A stretch of 64,000 nt of DNA. It comes from Chrysomallon squamiferum (Eukaryota; Animalia; Mollusca). Below are positions 51,526 through 64,000 of the stretch, piece by piece. The notes beneath the pieces are model-generated. The model was not told where the DNA came from, made no database searches, and worked only from the letters and a program-made list of their open reading frames with translations. The stretch's first letter is position 1. Each line of letters starts with the position of its first letter. Both the position numbers and the translations under genes were made by a program. The DNA is taken from positions 13,392,001 to 13,456,000 of the forward strand of contig CM022679.1 of NCBI GenBank assembly GCA_012295275.1, given 5' to 3'.

Positions 51526-54500
51526 ATGGCTTTATTTCAGAGGATTTTTCAGCAAAGAAAACATTGTAAAAACACAAATACAAAATGGTCATCGCCAGAT
51601 CCAGGTTGTCAGTAAGTGTAGAATTATTCATATAAAAACATTGCTAAAACAACAATTTTTATGTACAGCTTCCGTGCGGATAGTAAATGATATGTAGGTC
51701 ACGAGTATCTAGAATCTGTAGAAATGGAAGTCTATGTTTGTAAACAAAAAATGATATTTTTGTAGTCATTTCAGTTTAACTTAAGTTTGTTTCAGTGTTT
51801 TTGCTTCCTGCGGATACGAAGTATGACCAAACAACTAAATTTATCTAAAAGATATGAAAATAAAAGGCCACAGTAACGATTTTGAAATAACTAATCCGAG
51901 TAATCGAAAGAAAGCGTGGCATGCATTACCACTTGTGACTTGCATCACGTGCTGGTGACCAGAGAGGCAACATAACTTGTATCTATCTAATGCGTAATAC
52001 AGTATCTACATGCTTTGTTAATAATAACGCCCCCACCTCTGCTATGGTGAGTTCAATAATTGCTCACGTGCTTTGAGTGGCACATGACCTAAACAAAATT
52101 ATATTAACTCAGTTCTGATGGCAACTTCATGGGTTTATTGTATTTCCTGGTCATGTTTGAGATTTATTTAGTCTGAATTAATTGTATGACTGTTTTAAAA
52201 TGAAATTAACTTTCCTTGATTACATCCAGCACCATCCTTTGTTACTTTTTGGAGACAATAAGTTTGAAAATGACATTGATTCCATAACTGTAAACACACA
52301 ACGCAGGTAAGACACACTTTATTTCTAACTGTAACAAATAACTTTAAATCCACTAATGCATCTAACAGGCAGATATTCTGTAAAACCAGGTGTATTTCTC
52401 ATATCCTTAAGCATTTCATATTATTTAATAGAAAAAGAAAATTTAAAAAATTATAAAAATTACAACCTTCTTTAATGTAATTATAATACTGAAACAATTT
52501 GTTGTAATAGTAAATACCATTCAATTAATAGTAATTGATAAATAAATAGAAAATTTAATGTATTTTGATGAAAGTTTTGTGTTTACAAGTTTCTGTTTAA
52601 AAACATCTGAAAATGTGTATATTTTTGGAGCATATATACACATACTGATACTTATTTGTATTTTGTATGTTTTCAGTAATTATACCTGTATAGTATTTAG
52701 ATGTGATCATTAAACTAAAGGATATGGTATTGTTGACACTGTATTTTATTTACACTGAATACTTTATTTTTAAAAGCTATGTTTCATATAAAATAAATCA
52801 CAAGTTACATACCTAGCACTGAGTGTCAATCTTTAGGCTATGTATTTATCTATCAGTTGTTCTGTATTCATACACATAATCATAAATAATGAATACATGT
52901 ACATATACATATACATACACGTACAGACATAGTATATATATGTATATATTCTTTTTTTACATTAATGCAATTAAAATTTTTAACTGATTAATGTTCAGAA
53001 GAAAACAGTGTAATTACTCAGTCAGACATTAAACTAAGATGTCTATTTTCAATTTCAATTTCTTCAGCAAAGACTGTTGAAAACTGAATGAAAAATTATT
53101 AAGAGGAAATCAGTGAATCTTGAAAACAGTGATTGTTCTTCTCAGGTCACCTGCACTTAACACGGTCATGTGATACATCAGGTGTGGTATAAACACTGTA
53201 TCACATGTTGAGCCAGGATAGCTGCACACTGTCATCAGCATGTGACAGAGGTCAGATACTGTTGACACTGCTAATCTTTACTGATAAGAGTATACCGTCC
53301 AGATTAAAAATTACATCATTGTAATATGTGTACAGGAGATAAATCCAGTGACCAGTAGGTGACTGGATTATGTAACATGACAAGATTAAAAAAAATAATA
53401 ATAAAAAAAAAAAAATGAAATAAGAGATGAAGGTTCACAATAATGAAAGAACTATGCACCTTCAGTTGAATGTTTTAAAAGGTATAGTTGATATTTACTG
53501 ATAAGAATAGCTAGGAGTTTTGACATCTCAGATAACGAGTGAACAATTTTTTTGTTTTGTTTTCTGATGTTGGCAGTGATAATAAATACTGTTTGTTTTA
53601 TTTACTTACATCTAAGAATAAGATAAGAAATAACAAAATCATGTTTTCTCCACTTTCAATTTGAAGTCACTCAACTTAGACTATTTTCTCCATGAAGATA
53701 TTCAGTTAAAAGTCAAAGTAAATTTACTAGCATTTCTATAATAAAAAAACAGAAATCTTGCTGAACCTAAATTTTAATGTATTCTAAATTTGAATATTCT
53801 CTATGTTTATTTAAATATTTTAATATTTTATGAAGAAGAAAAAAAATGTTTAAAACAAACACCAAAAGCCCTAATCCCTTATCAGATTTTCAAAATTACA
53901 CAGTGCACAGCTTGTTTAAGTTCTTTTCATTGTGTTATAATAATTTGGTTATTTACTGAAGTTACAGACACTTAAACTTTTTTGTTTGTTCTGTGTTAAC
54001 ACAGAAGATATGAATTTATAACAGACTTTATCTCAGAGATTATGTTTCTGTGTTTTGTGTCACCAGTATATCAGGTTATTATTTCTCTAGACTGATACAT
54101 CCTTGTATTACATCTCAGTGCTGGCCAGTGCATTACATCTGTATTTTTTAAATTTATTATTAAAACTACTATTGCATGTTAGATACACTTATTACCAATA
54201 TTATGACTATATCTTTGACAAAACATAATGATACTTCAACCATTTTTTTTTTTTTAAATCTCATCTTTCCTCATTTTTATACAGTCTGATATTTCTTTCA
54301 CTCTTTACATCTCATTAACTCTTAAATATAAGCTTGAAAATATAATTTTTAACCAGATATTAAATATGTAAATATGTAATTTTCAGACCACATCCAAAAC
54401 TTGATAGAGATAAAATCCGTCTTGTGATATACGCTGACCATGACAAAGGTCGTACTCCTATGTTTGATTCAGATGCCATCAGAAAGACTGAAAATGAGTC

Positions 54501-56154
54501 ATTTGAACAGGTAAATTGATATGTAAAAATTTACTGATAGTGTGATTAATATACCTCATTTGAAAAACCATTTTAACTAGATACATTTGATCTGATTTGT
54601 AATACTAATAGTTCATTTTGATAAAATCTGAACATTCTCTTTTTGTAATGGTATTTATAATGCATGAATGGATCAGCATTTTCAAAAAAAACAACAACAC
54701 AATATTGCTTTCAGAATAATATTAAAACAGTTTATTAGACATAATCTGTAATTTATAACTTAAGTTCACTCTTTGCTTGTTAATTTAGGGTCCACAGAAG
54801 CCAGGAGGAACCAGGCCTGTTACAAATTTGCTCCCACCCCTTGGCAGGCCTATGGGGGATGGAGGAAATCCTGGTACCCAGAAAACATGTCCCAAATATC
54901 AGGTAAGTGAAACAGAAAGTCATTTATTAACTATACAGGGTGGCCCAAAAGTAGGTTTACAGTTATTACATAGGCAATTTATTTTAAAATACAAGCATGT
55001 TTCAAGCATTAAACAGAAACTGTTTAATCTCTCAGGTGCTCAAAATGTCCTCCTTCAACATTGCAACATTCTTCAAACCTCTCCAGGACGCTCTGGCACA
55101 CAGTGCAAGTAACTTCAAGCATATAAACGATAGCTCAATAACTGTAAACCTACTTTTGGGCCAACCTGTATAACAGTGATTTGATCAGCTACATCTTATA
55201 CAAAAGTTGAATAACCTAAAAGATACACCAGATTTTGCACTTTTTTATTTGTATCTTGATCAGTTCTCATGTGGCTGTTTAATATTATTCTTGTAGTAAC
55301 TTCAGGATGACTGATCACCCACATCTTTCTGTTTAATAGGAAAATAGAAAAATGCATTACCAAACTGTTGATATGACGATGGCAATATGTTTCATCTCAT
55401 CTCCTACTGTCATCACTGTATTGAGCTTTTAACAACCATTAACATAAAAATGTTGAGGTTTCATTAAAATATTATTTTATTGAGATAAATTACGGTACGA
55501 ATAAAAGGACCAAATACAATCAGAAACCTGTATTGTGGATCTAAAGCCATTCCACAGTTTAAACAATTGTTTATTATTTACAGACATTCACTTTAATTCG
55601 TCTAGTCAACAGTTGTATAAATTATAATATTGTTGTTTATGAACATATTTTAACCGTTTGTAGTTCAAACGACTGAACAGTGATATACAGATGCTGGAGG
55701 AAATGATGCTCGGATCTGTTGGCATGGCATACAAAGGGTTAACACTTAAAGTTCATTTTATCAGGTACCTTTCATTTTATAAGCTCCTTAAAGAAAACTA
55801 TAATATCAGAATAATAACATATCATTTATTTTAGTCTGGGTAATGTTAGATAACAATAGATAAATAAAATGTTTCTTCCAGTCATTCTTGTTTTATAAAT
55901 TTTTATTTTTATTTCTGATTTATAAACATCTGGTATTTTTCTTGATTGTAATAGATAATTTTTCATTATTAGTTCATACACTTTTGTAGTGTACTGTTTA
56001 TTCTGTAACATGTTACCCAGCAAAAAATTTATTTTGTAATTAACATAATCGTCACTGCCATTTATTTGATCTAGTAATCTGTTTCAAAATTATACTGATA
56101 TTTTAATGTTGATCTATTTACTGGTTTATTTGTACTCATAATTGATTTATTTAT

Positions 56155-56203
<49 letters not shown>

Positions 56204-59200
56204 AGGTGTTAATATTTTCAAAAGGAAGAATGAAAAATGAAACAAATTTATTTTATCTCATTTTTCTTTTGTTGCTTTTATTTATTTTAAAAACTGTGTT
56301 CTTTTATAGATCTCCACCACAAGTCATGCTGAGCAAAATTTTCTACCCAGATAAGCCAAAAAGAGAATATGTGTAAGTTTCATTACTAACTTGGTTTTTA
56401 CATTTATTAGAAATTTTACATTTGATTTTGTTTGTCACATAATCAACATTGTCATTGTACCTTTTTACATATACATTAATACAACATACAAAAGACACAT
56501 ACACACATACAATACATGTGACATACACCTCCTGACAAAATTATTTTAACAGATGGATTGATTCTTTTCACATTTAATACAAATTTACTTACTATCAGTA
56601 ATATACAACAATGATCCTACTGATGGATATTATTTTTATATCATCTTACCATCTTCAGTTAATATAGTTTTTTTTGTTGTATTTTTTCAGTGATGTTGAT
56701 TCAGATTCAAGTAGTATATCCAGCCAACCATTAGATTTTTCAATCCCCAAACATCTTTCTATTGAAAGTCAGGAGAACTGGGACACTGGTTATGGTAAGA
56801 ATTATTATTATTTTTTTTACACTTTTCTTTGAAAAAATGTCATATCCAGAGTTGTTGTAAATTTTGTAACATTTGATAGCATTTATAACATTTATAAGGA
56901 AAAACAATCAATAAAAGTACTGTTTGATAAATTTTGGGACTTGCCATTGTACGTAGAATTTATATTAAAAAAAAGAAGTACACGCATTCAGACAGACAAA
57001 CACACACACACACACACACACACATTTCTCTACAAGACATATTAAATTTTCATTCTAGACTTTTTACACAAGCATTAATCAGTACAGACATAAATAAAGC
57101 ATCACAAATTTAGCAGTTTACTAGGTTAAAGTCATAGATAGTTTATTTGTTACTTGAATTTGAAACGTACGTTTTATTTCTTGTTAACAAGTTGATGGTG
57201 AACTGTTGTATTTGATGTTTCAGGTAAAAGTATTCCAGTAGCTGTACCAACACCTGGCAGCAGTTACAGTGAATCAGCAGATGACGAAAGTGGCCTAGCT
57301 TCTTGTAAGATTTTATAACTGTTATATCACTCAAGTTTTATATTAGCAAAGTATAGGTTTTTTTTAATTTTTTAATTGTTTTTGTTTTATATTTATATCA
57401 AGGACTGAAGCCAAGAACTGATCATTTTTGCATGTCCATAATTAAAATTTAAAGTCTTTATATTAATCTACATAATGCAATATCTATCTCTAATTTTTTT
57501 AATCAATATGTTTTAATTTTTATCTGAAATATTTTTTCATTTTTAATTTCCGTTCTTTTTAATAATGTTTTTGTTTCTATAGTTACTTCAAGTGGGAGTT
57601 TCCAAGGTCATTTTCCTTCACCAAGTGGCAACAGCGCCAGCAGCTACAACAGCTTGCATCGGCGGTGGATGAGAACGCAGACAACATCGCTGCAGAGTAA
57701 AAAGTGGAGCTCACAAGAACAACTCCTTAGTCAGGAGGTTGGTTATATTTTCTTTTCTTTTTGTATGTGCGTTTTCTCTCTTTAATAAGTATGGAAGGGG
57801 GTATTACTCCTATAGTTTGCTGATCAATTTATTTTTCTTGATAGAGTTTTTTCTCTTATCACAGGTATAATTAATGATACAGTTATAGATGTATTTCAAT
57901 GACATTTATGTTGTACAGGCATATCTTTCATTAGTAAAAGAACAAATATAAGAAGAAAACTCATATATAAAAGTAGAAAAGTAAACCTTTCTTTTTCTTC
58001 TTTTCATTTTAAATATAAAAACTTCTATTGGAATACAAAATGTAAATTTAGATTTTTCCCTTCTTGATTTGTTTATTTTAAAATAACATTCAATTAATTT
58101 TTATACATTGCATACTGATATGCTTATATCAGATAAACTATATAATTATATGCTTTACATCTTACAATAATAATATGATTTAAATGAAATAATAATATAT
58201 AAATATATAACAGCTACTGTAAATATAATAACGTCTAAGGATTGCTATTTCTGTCACTGTTTTTGACAGAATTCATACTCTCAGAAGAGACGTTGCAAAC
58301 TTGCTCTTGGAATTCTGTTTGGTTCTGGTGACGATCCTGCAGATGAGTAAGTAGCTTAATCTTTTTTTAAGTTTTTATCATTTTACTAAATCTTGAAACA
58401 TACAGTTAAATAAATGTTATTAGTTTTATGTTTATCCTGTTTTACACTATATTGGAAATTAAATTATTATTATTTTCTTTTTCTTGATTGGTTTATTATT
58501 ATTTTTAATGTATTTTTCTTTGATTTAGAATGTTCCAGAACTTCTTTTTCTCTCACATCACTCTTCTAGAAAGCCATGTTGAGAAACTGAGAGCTGTTGT
58601 AGAGAAAGCGTTTTTCAACAGGCCAGGCTTTATTCCCATGGTCATGGAAGTATGTAATATCAGTTTAATTTTTGTGTTAAATAGATAGATTTTTTTTTTT
58701 TTAACCTTGAAGGATATTCAGATTAAATATTGTTTCTGATGTTGGGATTTAGGATGTATTTGTTTTATTAAACAAATTAAAAAGACAAGGAAAATCTTTT
58801 CCACAGATTTTACATAACTGTGTAAAAAGGTCTATCTCAGGATATTGAGAATTTGTGAATATAAAATGTATTTTACATTTTTAGCAATAAAATTTCTATA
58901 AATATTTATCTTTATTTTATTAAAATCTACAAATAAGAAAGTTTTTAAATAGATTTTTTAATGATCTCTATTGCTTAATAACCAATTATTTTACTTAAGA
59001 TATTATGGATTGCGGGATGAGTTTTCCTTAAGAGCACTAATAGGCTAACTTTCATTTCTACCAGTGTTTCATTTTAAATGATTTTTATTTGTAATTACGC
59101 ATTCAGGCTCTCGAGTTGTTTCGAAATGATGTCTACGACCTGTACACAGCACCACGTCTTTCAGAGCCCGTCTGGCTCAACATGATGTCATTCAGCAACC

Positions 59201-60289
59201 ACCGCTACATCTTCTGTGAAAAGTTTATCAAGGAATTCATGTTTCTTGCTGCCAAATACGACAACAAAAGCACAAAGTTGTAAGTCGAATTTTATAATTA
59301 TTAATTTATATTTTTAAAAATGATTGACGTTTTTTTATTTTTATTTTTTTATTATTGAAATTGTGACATTTATTTTAATTGTTGTTGATTTTAATTTTAA
59401 AAATCAAACAATATTAACATTTATTTAATTTAACTTGCAGTATAGATGTATAAATATCCTATTATTTTTTATTTTTTTATTTATTTTATTATTATTATTA
59501 TTTCTTGTTTTTTATTTTTTTCAGTTTTTTAAGTACACTTATCTCCGCTGTATTAACACACCACTTAGCTTGGGTTGCCACAGTAACACCTGCAGGAGGA
59601 ATTACCTCAAGAACTTACCTAGATAAGCATTCTGCTAAATGGGTAAGTACAGAATATTCATAAGTTTCCTCAAAATAAATAAATAATAAAAAGTGCTTAA
59701 AGTATTCTGTAATTACGGTAGGAGATTTTTTTTTGTCTTTCTCAAATGATATATGAAATGGTTTTAATCTTAAGAGGTTCTGATGAGTGAATCCATTATT
59801 AAATTAAACATTTATCACGTAATCCAGTCACACCTTTCTGTAATTAATTATTATTTGCTTATGATTTTGATTATTATTATTATTTGATACCTTTCTTTGT
59901 ACTCTTTAAAAGATAAATGGTATTCTTAGAACTTAAGTAGCAATAATATAATAAAATAAATAAATACATTTTTAAAAATTATAATAAATGAAAAAACTAA
60001 ATAATAATAATAATAATGAAATTTAAAAAAAACCTTCAATAGAAATAAATACAATTTTTTAATATTTTTATAAAATATCTACATTTGTTTTTTAGGTGGA
60101 TGCACTAGCTAAGACTCATCCATATAATCCACTGTGGGCACAGTTAGGGTATGTTACTATTGATGTTTGTTTATTTATTTATTTATTAATTAAAGATGTG
60201 TTGTATTTAGAGAAGTTAAATTAAAAAACAAAATTACATTCCTGCTTAAAATTTGACACAATGTGTTATCTGTCTATCTTTATATTATG

Positions 60290-60340
<51 letters not shown>

Positions 60341-62014
60341 ATTTTTGTTTTGATAATGATGTTGGTGGTGGTGGTGATGGTTTTTGTTGTTGTTGTTTTT
60401 TTTTCTCTTTAAAGTCATTCCTTAAGATATATAATTTACAAAGTAGAAAAATTTAAAAGTAATTTATTAAATTAAATTTAACTAAATGCAAAACTGGTTT
60501 CCATTTCTGTGATACGAATATCTTCTGTTCTTTGTTTCAGAGACTTGTACGGAGCAATAGGAAATCCACTTAAACTGGCTAGAACTATAGTTGTTGGCAA
60601 AAAGCAGGAGCTGGTGAAAAGGTTTCTTTATGTTCTCAGTTACTTCATTCGCTGTAGTGATGTGCACGAAATAAAAGATCCAGGTTCTCTGGAAACCTTC
60701 ATGAACGATCTGAATTTCAACGACACTCCTTTAAAAAGTGAAAAATCTTCCGAAGCCTCTACACCCGTTGATATTGACGTTTGTGCGGGTGACAGTCATT
60801 TGACACCAACAGACAGGAGGACTAGTGTTTTTAGTAGTCAGGAGAGAAACAAGTTATTTCAGAATGAACTGGGAGAGAGGGTGGGCATCCAGGAGTGTGG
60901 TGGGGGAGAGGGAGATGGTTATGCCACTGTGGAAAGGGACAAGAGTGTTGGGGGATGTATAGAGATGGTGGACATGAAAGAAGAAGAAGACAGATCTGAG
61001 TTCAAGTGCAGTTTGGCTGCTGTAAGGATAGTCGAAAGTGCCAAAGTAGAAAACATTCAACATGTTAGAAAAGCTGTTGATATCTCTTGCATGGACAAGT
61101 CTTTGAGTGAGACGATTTCTCCAAAAGGTCTAGATAATAGTTTAACATCTTTCACAGACAAATCTCTGAGTCGGAATGTTTCCCTAAATAGTCCAGATAA
61201 CAATTTAACACCTGGTACAGGACAGGTAAAAAAAATATCAATGTTATCTCAGCAGCTACAGTCTCAGAACGATAATGAAGTTAAACTGACGATTTCAGAC
61301 GTTCGGAAAAACTTCCTTGCAGAAGGCAGCAACAGTATGTTTGAGGAATACTTCGAGGAAGGAATTGAAACAAAGACGATTGACGATGTTGCAGAACATG
61401 AAATAGTTATCAGTCATCCATTGGCAAGTCCTCGGAGTCCAAAGCAGGCAGACAATGGAGGTGGTGTGCAAGATGTTGGGTCTGCAAAAACTCCTACATC
61501 ACTTCAGAACAGTCCTACCAAATGTATTTCCAGGCAGAATTCCAGACCTGTAGCTAATGCACCGGGAAGATGCAGGTGTGTGATTAAATATCATTGAACA
61601 GTGTGTGATTTAGTATCAGTTAATAGTGTGTGAATTAATATTATTTAACTGTGATTTAATATTAACAGTGTGTGTTTTAATATCAGCTAATAGTGTGTGA
61701 TTTAATATCAATTGATTGTGTACAATTTAATATCAGTTGATAGTGTCTGATTTAGTATCAGTTAATAGTGTGTGAATTAATATTATTTAACTGTGATTTA
61801 ATATTAACAGTGTGTTCTTTAATATCAGTTGATTGTGTGTGATTTAATATTAATTAATAGTGTGTGATTTAATATCTGTTAATAGTATGATTTAACATAA
61901 AAAAAATGTGATTTAATATCAATTATCAGTGTGATTTAGTATTCTGTATCAAGTAATGAAATTAATATTTACCAAAGAGAAGAATGAATTGAGATGGAAT
62001 ATATGAGAGAGAGA

Positions 62015-62076
<62 letters not shown>

Positions 62077-63017
62077 CAGGCAGGCAGGCAGGCAGGCATG
62101 TCCAATTTAAAAAGATTAAAATAACACCAAAATCATTTACTTCATTATATATCTTCTGTTATGAATTAAGTTTAATTGTTCCCTTTTTATTTTATTTTTA
62201 CCTGTTAGACCTGTAACGCCAACAGAACTAGAAAAACGACGTCATCTGTCATCAGCAAGCAGTGTTGACTTTGATGTATTTGATCCCATTCTTCACTGTC
62301 AGGAGATAATATTACCCGAGTGAGTGGTCTTTAAACTTGAATCAAGAACCTTCAATATTGTAAAATCTTACACACACCCATGCATACCTGTACTGAGTAG
62401 AATACATTTATATATATACCTTTACTGAGTAGAATACATTTATATATATACCTTTATTGAGTAGAATACATTTATCTGTATCCATTTTTTATAAGAATAA
62501 TAATTACATAATAATGTATTTTCTGTGAACATAAATGCTGTGAATTATTTGGGTAATTATTTTAAAGCTAATATGCTATAGACAGATCTACACATGTCCA
62601 GGTAATTCAACCTAAATAAATAAAGAAGAGAAATAATAGCAGATTACTAAAATCAACACTTACTGAAATAACAGTATCTTAAAGTTTATCTCACTAATTA
62701 ATTTTTTGTCACCTTAAATCATGTTAAATGTGTTTTCATTGGTTAACATTTTCCTTTTATTTGACAGAATGACCAATGACAGTTGTGAATGGAGTCCAAG
62801 TGTGAGGACTTTTGACAGAAACTTTGGCCGGTCTCTTCTTGCTGGCTTCTCTGATCACTACATGTCTAACTTTGTCCTGCATGGGACGTCTGATGTTGAA
62901 TTGTGGCCCAAGTTACTCAGTGATCTTCAGATTTCATCTCAGGTAAATAATATGACAAATTAATCTTCAAAACAGAATTTCCATTACTTTTTGTTATTAT
63001 ATTTATATGACATACAT

Positions 63018-63095
<78 letters not shown>

Positions 63096-64000
63096 TGAAT
63101 GTTTAAGGTGTGTGTGTGCATGCAGTGATTTAACAAGTGATGTACATAGAAATTTTTGTTTTGTTTTTGTGCATTTCACTAATATATTTTATTACCAGAA
63201 AAATATTTTTTATCATGAAACAGTATTCAGCCATGTGTGATTGTTCGTTCATATTTGCAAATTTAGTGAAATCCGTTAAGTCTAATTTTGATAATAAATA
63301 TACAAGACCATCATCTGACTTGGGGGAAAAGATTGGTATTTTTGATATTACATTTATTTTGATTTCATTGGAAGTTATTTTAAAGATAAATAGGACACAC
63401 AGACCAGCTTGTGTTAAACAGGAATGCATAGTTAATGTTTAAATGACTTTTTGTCACTTGAGTCACACTGGGCTCTGATTTATCTTTCAGCATTCGGTTT
63501 TGGATGAACCTATCGCAGAAGCAGTTTGTGTAGTTGCTAATACAGATACATGGTACAGTATTTGTAAAATGTTTTTTAATTAATAACTGATTTTGTAATT
63601 AACATATTTGGAATTTTTTATTACAAATATTTTAGTATAATTATGCAAAAATTTATGTGTTTGGTTATGGATTGTTTGTTTTCATATAGACTATATATAA
63701 AATATATTTTAAATCATACATGAATTTTATTATTATTATTATTTATTTTTTTTTTTGCTGCTAAAATCTGTTTTTTTTCTAATACAAATCACCAAAAAAA
63801 ATTAAAGAATCCACAGAAATGCAGAAATAATTTTCATAGAAAAAAGGAGTATTCTCCTGATGCTAACATTGTCTCTGTTTTGCCTTTAATTCAGTGATTT
63901 TAATCTGAATATTTGTTTTTAAATCAGGACTGTAGATGTTGCTAACAGCAAGCTGCTGGAAAGATCAGCATCAGGGAAAATGTCATGGACAACGTCGCAA
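51526..64000 (+). CDS. FNIP: Folliculin-interacting protein (FNIP1/2 ortholog), 3'-incomplete
   Basis: Exons 51526-51611, 54387-54510, 54789-54902, 55664-55764, 56310-56372, 56691-56794, 57224-57304, 57583-57737, 58270-58346, 58529-58649, 59107-59279, 59525-59642, 60096-60148, 60541-61575, 62210-62319, 62769-62942, 63491-63552, 63928->64000. Motifs [115 protein letters not shown]. Confidence 0.96.
51945..53246. promoter_or_regulatory. Two clusters of CLEAR/E-box/M-box-like motifs in the FNIP 5' region
   Basis: TCACGTG at 51945 and 52064, CACATGAC at 52081, GTCATGTGA at 53165, TCACATG at 53201, CATGTGAC at 53239. Confidence 0.5.
52200..52306 (+). CDS. Candidate alternative first coding exon of FNIP
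   Basis: aaaATG-initiated open frame [35 protein letters not shown] ends at a strong donor CAG|gtaaga in phase 2, the phase required by exon 54387. Confidence 0.5.
54936..55168 (-). mobile_element. Non-autonomous Tc1/mariner element, 233 bp, in an FNIP intron
   Basis: 32-bp TIRs (cagggtggcccaaaagtaggtttacagttatt; one mismatch) with TA on both sides. The internal minus-strand remnant reads [25 protein letters not shown], a transposase C-terminal GGHFEHL motif. Confidence 0.9.
61596..61945. repeat. Degenerate ~21-bp minisatellite (gtgtgtgatttaatatcagttaata-like) at the start of an FNIP intron
   Basis: More than a dozen diverged units; a higher-order block at ~61607-61690 recurs at ~61748-61830. 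Confidence 0.8.
62385..62476. repeat. 32-bp tandem repeat, about 3 copies (tacctttactgagtagaatacatttatatata)
   Basis: Seen directly. Confidence 0.85.

Noticed and set aside
61596-62476. CRISPR-like or coding repeat arrays
   Set aside because: Units are adjacent degenerate tandem repeats without unique spacers, inside introns of a eukaryotic gene.

Overview
AT-rich, intron-rich, microsatellite-rich animal genomic DNA (probably an invertebrate; the taxon cannot be fixed from the sequence). I assembled the exons by hand from splice sites and reading-frame phase. Genes alternate in head-to-head pairs: TOP3A (-, 5' part) / UQCC4-CCSMST1 (+); histone H3.3 (-) / an unannotated 17-exon secreted-protein gene (+); SIRT7 (-) / METTL23 (+); FAM241 (-) / FNIP (+, runs off the window). 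A ~14.2-14.6 kb tandem duplication (5181-19353 and 19365-33923) cuts through both H3.3 and the secreted-protein gene. It leaves one intact and one decaying copy of each, joined by a templated-insertion junction. The main find is the intact copy (22626-34376), which encodes 940 aa: signal peptide, peptidase-M15-like domain, internal Hedgehog N-terminal ('Hedge') domain, second M15-like domain, and a Cys-containing C-terminal region. It has no Hint/Hog domain, and the zinc-ligand sets appear lost or incomplete. The duplication also created a still-open chimeric H3.3 ORF with an unchanged tail (1-27), S28N/G33R/G34R, and a C-terminus read from the antisense strand of the neighbour gene. All family calls are by motif recognition from memory; no searches were run.
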